The notes under the pieces are model-generated. The model did not search any database. It had not been told where the DNA came from and saw only the letters and a list, made by a program, of their open reading frames with translations. From Planctomycetota bacterium (GTDB taxonomy: Bacteria; Planctomycetota; Phycisphaerae; SM23-33), in NCBI GenBank assembly GCA_034190305.1, contig JAXHSV010000001.1, forward strand, positions 1-56,191: a stretch of 56,191 bases of DNA. The letters run 5' to 3'. A program made the position numbers and the translations under genes. This document shows, piece by piece, positions 46,014 through 53,810 of this stretch (the first letter of the stretch is position 1; each line of letters starts with the position of its first letter).

Positions 46014-47813
46014 ATGCGAAAAATACCGGTACTGGTCGTTCTGGCCGGGTTGATATTCGCAGCCGTTGCCGCCGGCGACACTGTTTATAAGCGCAATGGG
46101 CATAAACTTGTCGGGAACGTTACCGATAAGGGTGATAAATACATCATCAGAATGCCTAACGGAACCTTTTCGATCGATAAGTCCGACGTCAGCTACGTCG
46201 CCTATGGTGCAGGTGCGACAGCGCCGGCTTCGGCGCCTGCTACGCTTCCGAGTGATTACAAACCGATTAATCCCGGCGTTTCCCGCGCCGGATATTGGGA
46301 CATCAACGACGCAACGCTGCCCGACCCCATTGTCTTCATGCTTTCCCGCCGGATAGAGCTGCTCGGACAAGTCGCTACCGACACGATGCGAACGCAACTT
46401 CGACAATGGAAAATCGCAGCCCATGACGGTAAACGCAAACTCGGTAAAAAATGGCTTACGCGCGACCAGCAGCGCCGATACCGCGCATATTTCGAGGAAC
46501 ATATCCGTCAGGGCGATAAATTTGCACGCCAGGCAGATGGTGTTTCCATGCAAACAGGGTCCGACCGCGCCAAAAAGAAGAAACTCTTTGCAAGCGCAGA
46601 GCGGGAATATGCCACAGCCGTTCGGTCCTGGCCTGATGCAGACATGCGTGAATTTTTCACAGCTATTCTTAACCTGCGCAACAGGAAGTATGAAGAGGCC
46701 CAGAACGACTTCGCGCGGTGCATCCTGAAAAAGCCGCTTGTGGCGGCCTTCAGGCAGGGACGTGGAATCGCGCTGTCGAAACTCAAACAACCGCTGGCGG
46801 CGTTAACGGAATTCACCTTCTGCCTGCAACTGCGGGACGATGATTACGAAACGATCCGGTTGGTAGAGGCTGCGATGAAGGACGTACCGGGTTCCAAACT
46901 GGCGGATCCGGCATATTTGAAAGCCCGGGACCTGCTGGATCGATATGAAAAACCGCAGCGCAACAATCATGGGCGAAATACCGGCGTGGTCTGGCTGATG
47001 CCCGGGTCGTCCTGGCGACAGCAGTGGCACAGGCAATCGAGAGGGACAGGAGACAACCACAAAAACGAGCAATTGCCTGATACGCGATTTGCCCTGCCTC
47101 TGGCTCCATACGACCGGATCATCAATAAGCAGGCCCTTGCGATACCCGTTTCGGAAACGGCGCTTCTGGTCGATAAAAATGCGATTGCCGGTGCGGAAAT
47201 ATTATACGTTCAGGTCGCCCCGGACGTACTCATCAGGGCATGGGCGAACCGGAGCATAAGGCGCTCAGGTCGGCGCAAAACGCCCGACCTGCCGCTGGCG
47301 ATAATTCACACCGAAGGCGTAATTTTCTCGCCGGTGAACGTCGAAAAGACAGCCGACCTGAAAGCCGGTCAGGCCCTGACCGTTCGCGGAGTCAACCTGT
47401 ACAGGCAGATGGGAACGAAAATACGAAACGGTATAGCCACCGTAACTCCCACGGGAACCACCACAACTCAATCAGGCTCGCAAAAGGACGGCATAACACT
47501 CAGTGCAGGCCTGCTTCCGGGGGAGACCGTCGGAGCAGCAATGGCGGGCGATACCTTCGCAGGTCTGCTGACCGCACGCACCAGTCCACAGGAAGAAGGA
47601 TGCGGAAAGAGCACATTTATAACACCGGCGGAAATCGCAGCCTGGATTAAACCGATTAAGCGTTCGCTTGACCGAAAAACTTCCGGAAAATCCTCCCGCG
47701 GGCGCGGGCCTGTTAAAAAAGACACCCCCGAACTAACGGTAACGGGAAAAGTTTTCCTTGTTCACATCCTCTTCTGCGAAAAGCCCCCCTCCAGCGAGGT
47801 AATTAAAAAATAA
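46014..47813 (+). CDS. Secreted hypothetical protein (signal peptide, TPR-like middle, degenerate trypsin-like C-terminal region)
   Basis: MRKIPVLVVLAGLIFAAVAAG signal. TPR-like ILNLRNRKYEEAQNDFARCI. The C-terminal region has GETVGAAM where a GDSGGP-type serine motif would sit. Confidence 0.6.
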   Translation: MRKIPVLVVLAGLIFAAVAAGDTVYKRNGHKLVGNVTDKGDKYIIRMPNGTFSIDKSDVSYVAYGAGATAPASAPATLPSDYKPINPGVSRAGYWDINDATLPDPIVFMLSRRIELLGQVATDTMRTQLRQWKIAAHDGKRKLGKKWLTRDQQRRYRAYFEEHIRQGDKFARQADGVSMQTGSDRAKKKKLFASAEREYATAVRSWPDADMREFFTAILNLRNRKYEEAQNDFARCILKKPLVAAFRQGRGIALSKLKQPLAALTEFTFCLQLRDDDYETIRLVEAAMKDVPGSKLADPAYLKARDLLDRYEKPQRNNHGRNTGVVWLMPGSSWRQQWHRQSRGTGDNHKNEQLPDTRFALPLAPYDRIINKQALAIPVSETALLVDKNAIAGAEILYVQVAPDVLIRAWANRSIRRSGRRKTPDLPLAIIHTEGVIFSPVNVEKTADLKAGQALTVRGVNLYRQMGTKIRNGIATVTPTGTTTTQSGSQKDGITLSAGLLPGETVGAAMAGDTFAGLLTARTSPQEEGCGKSTFITPAEIAAWIKPIKRSLDRKTSGKSSRGRGPVKKDTPELTVTGKVFLVHILFCEKPPSSEVIKK

Positions 47814-47814
47814 C

Positions 47815-47843
47815 TTGACACTCAACATATAGTTACATATCTT
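47815..47843 (+). promoter_or_regulatory. Putative sigma-70-type promoter of nrdR
   Basis: TTGACA, 17 nt, TATCTT, about 60 nt upstream of the nrdR ATG. Confidence 0.35.
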
Positions 47844-47901
47844 TCCCCCAAGCCCCTATATACGCGAAATCCGTTTTTGAATCCTGTTTGAGAGCGTAAT
47901 T

Positions 47902-48429
47902 ATGCAATGCCCCTTCTGTGGCGGCGATGACGATAAGGTTATTGATTCTCGCAGCAGCGACGGTGGACGGGCTGTTCGACGGCGCCGACGATGCCTCTGT
48001 TGCAACCGGCGGTTCACCACATACGAACGCTTCGAGGAGGCAGCCCGCATCACCATAGTCAAAAAGGACGGTTCGCGAGTTCCCTATGATCGCCAGCGCC
48101 TCTTATCCGGTCTGCAAAAGGCCTGCTACAAACGCCCTGTAAGCGACAGGCAACTCCTGCAAATTGTCGAGACCATCGAGGAAAACATATTCCGCAATTA
48201 TGAGAAGGACGTACCGTCCTCATACATCGGCGATGCTGCAAGCGACTGCCTGCGCAATCTGGACAAGGTCGCCTACATCCGCTTTGCGAGTGTTTATCGC
48301 GAATTCCAGGATGTCGGGGAATTGATACAGGAGGCTTCCGCCATCCGCGACATTCCCGAAGAGGCGCCGGGACAGAAAGAACTTTTCAACGCGAATAATA
48401 AAAATTCTCAACAGAAGGCAGGGAAATGA
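47902..48429 (+). CDS. nrdR: Transcriptional repressor NrdR
   Basis: MQCPFCGGDDDKVIDSR...RRRRRCLCCNRRFTTYE zinc ribbon plus an ATP-cone. Confidence 0.92.
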   Translation: MQCPFCGGDDDKVIDSRSSDGGRAVRRRRRCLCCNRRFTTYERFEEAARITIVKKDGSRVPYDRQRLLSGLQKACYKRPVSDRQLLQIVETIEENIFRNYEKDVPSSYIGDAASDCLRNLDKVAYIRFASVYREFQDVGELIQEASAIRDIPEEAPGQKELFNANNKNSQQKAGK

Positions 48430-50150
48430 GTCAGGAAATTATCGATGCGATTTTCAATATAATTTTCCCACTGCTGGGCGGTCTGGCGTTATTTTTGTTC
48501 GGAATGAGCATGCTTTCGGACGGTCTGAAAAAGGTCGCCGGCAACCGCCTTCGACAACTACTTGAAAAGGTAACGAAACGTCCGATAACCGCCCTGATAG
48601 TCGGCGCAGGGATAACCGCCCTCATTCAATCAAGTTCAGGCACTACGGTAATCGTCGTCGGGCTGGTCAACGCCGGGCTGCTCGCCCTCCGCCAGGCCAT
48701 CTGCGTCGTAATGGGCGCCAATATCGGAACGACAATGACGGCGTGGCTGGTAGGCCTGGCCATGTTGAAGATATCGCTCTACGCCATGCCTATAATCGTG
48801 CTTGGCATAATATTTCAGTTTGCCGGCAAGAGGCAGCGGACGAAAAATATCGGGCAGATATTGCTGGGTTTCGGAATCCTGTTCGTGGGAATCGGTTTTA
48901 TGAAGGGCGCCTTTGCCCCGTTGCGGAACGACGAGGGCGTCAAACAGTTTCTTGCCTCATTCTCCGACAATCCAATACTGGCGGTCTTTATCGGGGCGGG
49001 TATCACCGTCCTGATCCAGAGCAGTTCCGCCTCGATTGCGATCATCCAGGCGATCGCCGTCGGCGGGCTTTTCGGGTCGGACCCGGAAGTCGCATTTCGC
49101 GTCGCTATCCCGTTTGTCCTCGGCGACAACATCGGCACGACCATAACCGCTCAACTCGCCGCTCTGCAGTCAAACGTCCACGCGCGCCGCGCCGCCATGG
49201 CGCATACTCTGTTCAACGTCTTCGGTACATGCTGGGTCCTTCCGCTTGTGCTCCTCGGTTTTTTCCCCGACATCGTCAGTCGCATCACGCCGTGGACGCT
49301 TAGTTTCAACAACATAGCCCTGGAAATCGCCGCCGCCCACAGCGTCTTCAACGTCATAAACGCCCTGGTTTTTCTTCCTCTGGTTGGCGTGCTGGAAAGG
49401 ATGGTCGTGCGATTTGTCCCTGCGAGAAAGGGCGACATCCAGTTGCAGCCTGTAACACTTGACCGGAACCTGCTGGCGACACCCCCCGTGGCGATGGACC
49501 AGGCAAGGCGGGAACTTGTCCGTATGACCAATGCCGCCCGCGATGCGCTTAACGACGCTATCGAATCTATTCTCCACGACGACCGCGCAGCACTGAAGCG
49601 AGTCGCCTTCAAGGAAGACGCCGTGGATGAATTCCAGACCGAGATTACCCGATACCTGGTGGAACTGTCACAGAGGACGCTCTCGGCGGAGGCAGCCAGC
49701 GAAGTGCCCGTGCTTCTCCACACGGTCAACGACGTCGAGCGCATCGGCGACCATGCAGTGAACATCACCGAAATCGCCACGCGCAAACTGGACCAGCGAT
49801 ACGCTTTCAGTCAATCGGCTGCGGCGGACATGGAACGTATGCGAAACGAGATTACCCTGATGTTCGAAGACGTACTCGAAGCAATAGCCGACAACGATAC
49901 ATCGTCAGCCGAAAACGCCCTGAAACATGAACATGCTATCAACATGATGCAGATGGAGTTTCGCCGAAGCCACGTCCGGCGTCTGGGCGAAGGGACCTGC
50001 TCGGCAATGGCAGGACTGCTGTTCGTCGATTTTGTCGACAACATGGAAAAGATCGGCGACCACCTGACCAACATCGCTCAGGCAGTCATCGGCGGATTGC
50101 AGTGGGACAAAAAAACCGTACCGGAACCGGTCAAAATGAACATTGAATAG
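48426..50150 (+). CDS. Na/Pi cotransporter family protein with C-terminal PhoU-like repeats
   Basis: Duplicated QSSSGTTV / QSSSASIAI motifs and a C-terminal ERIGDHAVNI / EKIGDHLTNI pair. ATGA overlap with nrdR. Confidence 0.85.
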   Translation: MSQEIIDAIFNIIFPLLGGLALFLFGMSMLSDGLKKVAGNRLRQLLEKVTKRPITALIVGAGITALIQSSSGTTVIVVGLVNAGLLALRQAICVVMGANIGTTMTAWLVGLAMLKISLYAMPIIVLGIIFQFAGKRQRTKNIGQILLGFGILFVGIGFMKGAFAPLRNDEGVKQFLASFSDNPILAVFIGAGITVLIQSSSASIAIIQAIAVGGLFGSDPEVAFRVAIPFVLGDNIGTTITAQLAALQSNVHARRAAMAHTLFNVFGTCWVLPLVLLGFFPDIVSRITPWTLSFNNIALEIAAAHSVFNVINALVFLPLVGVLERMVVRFVPARKGDIQLQPVTLDRNLLATPPVAMDQARRELVRMTNAARDALNDAIESILHDDRAALKRVAFKEDAVDEFQTEITRYLVELSQRTLSAEAASEVPVLLHTVNDVERIGDHAVNITEIATRKLDQRYAFSQSAAADMERMRNEITLMFEDVLEAIADNDTSSAENALKHEHAINMMQMEFRRSHVRRLGEGTCSAMAGLLFVDFVDNMEKIGDHLTNIAQAVIGGLQWDKKTVPEPVKMNIE

Positions 50151-50322
50151 TGAACAGGGAACCTGCCCGCGGCAAGCGGGAAGGGGAGTTCTGTGTTCGA
50201 AATTCAATATTCTTTTTTCTATTGACTGTGTCCTGCCTGTTCGGTTAGTCTTTATCGGCAACCTATGGTCATCAATTCGACCTCGATAATTCGGTTGCTC
50301 ATTTCCAGCAGGGAGGTTCGCT

Positions 50323-51783
50323 ATGGATAAAATCGTAGCCGACGGTATAACTTTTGACGATGTTCTGCTGATTCCCGCCAGGTCCGATGTCATTCCCCGC
50401 GACGTGGACACGTCCACAAACCTGACGCGGCAGATCAGGTTGAATATTCCTCTCATCTCGGCCCCGATGGACACTGTTACCGAGGCGGTGCTGGCTATCG
50501 CCCTTGCCCAGGCAGGGGGTATTGGGATCATTCACAAGAATCTTTCGCCCAAAGCCCAGGCAAGAGAAGTCGAGAAGGTCAAACGCAGTGAGAACGGCGT
50601 AATCGTCGATCCGGTAACGCTCGGGCCTGAGGAATCCACTGCGACGGCCAGGCAGAAGATGGCCGATCACAACGTTTCCGGCTTCCCTATCGTCGGAGCG
50701 GACGGAAAACTCGTCGGCATCCTGACCCGGCGCGACATGAAGTTCCTCTCCGACGACCGCCCCATCAGCGAGGTGATGACCGCCGAGAATCTCGTAACCG
50801 CCAAGCCGGACACAACGCTCGATGAGGCGGAAAAAATCCTCAATCGCCACAAGGTTGAAAAACTCCTGCTGGTCGATGGGACCGGCAAACTAGCCGGTCT
50901 GATTACGATGCGGGACATCGAGAAACTGCGGCAGTTTCCGCGAAGTTGCAAGGATGCCCGCGGGCGCCTGCGAGTCGGAGCGGCCGTGGGGGTCCGCGAC
51001 GATGAGCGGGCCGAGATGCTCATCGAGGCGGGCGCAGACGTAATCGTGGTCGATACGGCACACGGACACAGCAGCAATGTCATCGGCGCGGTTGAGCGGA
51101 TCAAGTCCGCCCATGACATAGACGTCATCGCCGGAAATGTCGCCACAGCCAAAGGCGCCGCCGACCTTATCGCCGCCGGCGCCGACGCCGTCAAGGTCGG
51201 CATCGGTCCGGGGGCTATCTGCACAACGCGTATTGTCTCCGGCGTGGGGGTTCCGCAGGTATCAGCCATATACGAATGTGCCCGCGCCGCCGACGCCAAA
51301 GGCATCCCCGTCATCGCCGACGGCGGAATTCGCCACAGCGGCGACATTACCAAGGCAATCGCCGCCGGGGCGTCGGCCGTTATGATGGGAAGTCTCATGG
51401 CCGGGCTGGACGAATCGCCCGGGCAACTGGTGATCTTCAAGGGCAGGCGGTTTAAAACCTATCGAGGAATGGGTTCGATCGGCGCGATGGTCGCCGGATC
51501 AGCCGACCGTTACGGTCAATCCGAAAAGGAAAAACTCGTCCCCGAAGGCGTCGAGGGGCGGGTTCCCTACCGAGGCCCGCTGGGCGAGTTCGTCTATCAA
51601 CTTGTCGGCGGGCTTAGAGGCGGAATGGGATACTGCGGCGCCGGGACTATCGAAGACCTGCGAACAAAGGCGCAATTCATACGCATCAGTACAGCCTCGC
51701 TCATCGAAGGCCATCCACACGACATTACAATAACACACGAAGCACCAAACTACTCCGCCGGACAGAAAAACAACCTGGAATGA
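50323..51783 (+). CDS. guaB: IMP dehydrogenase
   Basis: [13 protein letters not shown] pair, [11 protein letters not shown] catalytic loop, YRGMGS. Confidence 0.95.
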   Translation: MDKIVADGITFDDVLLIPARSDVIPRDVDTSTNLTRQIRLNIPLISAPMDTVTEAVLAIALAQAGGIGIIHKNLSPKAQAREVEKVKRSENGVIVDPVTLGPEESTATARQKMADHNVSGFPIVGADGKLVGILTRRDMKFLSDDRPISEVMTAENLVTAKPDTTLDEAEKILNRHKVEKLLLVDGTGKLAGLITMRDIEKLRQFPRSCKDARGRLRVGAAVGVRDDERAEMLIEAGADVIVVDTAHGHSSNVIGAVERIKSAHDIDVIAGNVATAKGAADLIAAGADAVKVGIGPGAICTTRIVSGVGVPQVSAIYECARAADAKGIPVIADGGIRHSGDITKAIAAGASAVMMGSLMAGLDESPGQLVIFKGRRFKTYRGMGSIGAMVAGSADRYGQSEKEKLVPEGVEGRVPYRGPLGEFVYQLVGGLRGGMGYCGAGTIEDLRTKAQFIRISTASLIEGHPHDITITHEAPNYSAGQKNNLE

Positions 51784-51789
51784 GACGAC

Positions 51790-52766
51790 ATGCGAACCCG
51801 CACCTTTCGCTATAAGAATCTATAAGAATCTATAAGAATCTATAAGAATCCTATCTACAGCCTCGCAATCGACGCCATCCGAGACTGCCAGATTACCGAA
51901 GTTGACGGCGTGTACTACCTGACAGGAACCAGCCCGCCCGTCTGGGGGGAAGGGCCGAACCCGGGAGTCAAATTGTACTCCTCGCCGGACCTGCTGAACT
52001 GGAAGTTTGAGACGTTCCTTACAGACCGGGCCGGACTGGACCCGGGCGTGTGGTATTACGACCGGTTCTGGGCGCCGGAAATCCACCGCAAGGATGGGCG
52101 GTTCTGGCTGACGTTCAACTGCCGCAACGAAACCGCCGAAATACCATACCCTCATTCGTCCGGCCTGGCGGTGGCAGATAGCATCACCGGTCCTTACGAA
52201 ATACTCACGCACGACAAGCCCCTGATTGACCGAACGAACGATGCAACCCTGTTCGCGGACGATGACGGAAGGACATACATCTACGTTACCGGCATCATAG
52301 GCTGGGAGATGAACCTGGAGGCGTGCAGGCTGATTGACGGGCCTTTTTAAAGTCGCCGGGGCGCTGGGACGGCATCGGCATAGAAGGCCCGTTTGTAATC
52401 AAGCGGGACGGCATGTATTACATGTTCTATTCCTCGTGGACGCGGGGATATGAAGTCGGCTATGCGACCGCGTCTCACCCCAAAGGCCCCTGGAAAAAGT
52501 ACGAAGGAAACCCGATATTCGGGGCGCAGAACAGAAAAACCTGTGCAGGATACGGCGGACGGTTCACGGGGAACCCCCCCGGCTGCCCGTACGCCGCAGC
52601 CGGGCACAACGCAATATTCACCGGTCCGGACGGACGAGGCTGGATCGTCTGCCACTACCAGGAAACAGACAAGCCCGATTCCCTCGGCTTCGACCCGATA
52701 TGGATCGAAGACGGCGTCATCAAAACCAACGGCCCGACCTGGACCGAACAGACAATCGAAATTTGA
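51790..52766 (+). pseudogene. GH43-family glycoside hydrolase, disrupted by a 10-bp x4 tandem repeat (in-frame TAA) and a frameshift near 52344-52351
   Basis: ATG at 51790 (MRTRTFRYKN) is in the same frame as NPIYSLAIDAIRDCQITEVDGVYYLTG, but TAA at 51823-51825 lies inside the repeat. The second half (FLKSPGRWDGIGIEGPFVIKRDGMYYMFYSSW...) resumes in the -1 frame at a T5A3 run. Confidence 0.8.
51810..51849 (+). repeat. Perfect tandem repeat (CTATAAGAAT) x4
   Basis: Read directly from the sequence. The unit equals codons 8-10 of the GH43 ORF. Confidence 0.95.
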
Positions 52767-52806
52767 TTTTCCGGTCAGGTAATGCCGAAAAGCAAGGGGA
52801 GAAAAG

Positions 52807-53413
52807 ATGAACCGATGGACAATTATGCTATTCGTAACGGCTGCTGTAATCGTCGGATGCAGGGAAAAGTTTCAAGACAATGCAACATCCCGTATTTACA
52901 ACGAACTTGAGCATAGGAAGCAGGAAGTTATCGACCTTCGAGCAGCCAGTCCGATCAGGGAGGACAATCCGCTTTTCGACAGTTACGAGGTGGAGGCTGC
53001 CAATTCACTTGCCCGGCTGGCCAAGGGGGTGGATCTTGCCGGGGCAAACGACTACTTCGGGAAGTGGGGTCCCGCCCGCGACCGGAGCCAGAACCACGAC
53101 AACTTCACCTACACATTCTGGATATGGGGACTACAGGCTTGCTTTCCGTCTTACCGGTCCGGAAAGTAGAAAAACGTTTTTCATCGAGACCAAAACTTCG
53201 ATTAAAGGCTGGTTGCCCGATAGCAAGATCGAGTTTACCGAGTTACTCAAAATACCGGACGATCTCAAGCCGGGCCGATACAAACTCGCACTCGCTGTTG
53301 TTGAGTCGGAAACGGAAAATCCCGCCGTCCGTTTGGCAATAACCGGCCGAGCAAGGGATGGCTGGTATCATATCAGCGAGTTTGACGTGACGGCGCTCGG
53401 CGCGAAAAGATAG
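52807..53413 (+). pseudogene. DUF4832-like lipoprotein, frameshifted at a G4 run (53126-53129)
   Basis: Lipobox-like MLFVTAAVIVGC at the N-terminus. FTYTFWIWG continues in the +1 frame as DYRLAFRLTGPE...LKPGRYKLALAVVE...GWYHISEFDV. Confidence 0.65.
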
Positions 53414-53583
53414 CGTAAGGTATTTTGTGTAAGTTTGCGGCGGCATCAGAAATGACGAACAAGTTATAACGCCAGACCCAGCCCAGCCATAGCCATGGCT
53501 GGGCTGTAATGTCCGCTCTTCGACCGATTTTGCGAAAACCTGCGGTTGTCCGCTTTCGGAACTTACACAAAATACTTGACGCT
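53412..53583. repeat. MITE-like unit: 24-bp terminal inverted repeats enclosing a GCCCAGCCAT hairpin (H4)
   Basis: AGCGTAAGGTATTTTGTGTAAGTT (53412-53435) versus AACTTACACAAAATACTTGACGCT (53560-53583), 22/24 complementary. Internal CAGCCCAGCCAT-AGCC-ATGGCTGGGCTG at 53479-53506. Confidence 0.6.
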
Positions 53584-53810
53584 ATCGAGTGTTTCAGCCA
53601 TTTGTGATGTCCTTTCGCAACGAATATAATCTCGACATGAATCTTGCGCCCGGGCCTGTCCCGCCGGCAGCATAAATATGCAGGAACAACCTCCGCCGGG
53701 GCAAGAAAAAGATGTGGATTAATCATTACTGGTTGCAAAAATGACGGCTTCGGGGCATGATATAGTTACAGTTTGCTACCCGATCAAAACAGGTGAAAGG
53801 ATTCCGATAA

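Noticed and set aside
47821-47837. NrdR box in the nrdR promoter spacer (AACATATAGTT)
   Set aside because: Only the outer 3+3 positions are self-complementary, and there is no second box at the usual spacing. This is too weak to call.
53676-53722. Fourth gene-end duplication: an orphan copy of the guaB 3' end (51739-51783) after the GH43/DUF4832 decay zone
   Set aside because: The two share CTCCGCCGG, an A-rich block and TGGA-T-A-stop. But the alignment needs two indels and reaches only about 60-65 percent identity by eye. It could be chance and needs a scored alignment before it is believed.
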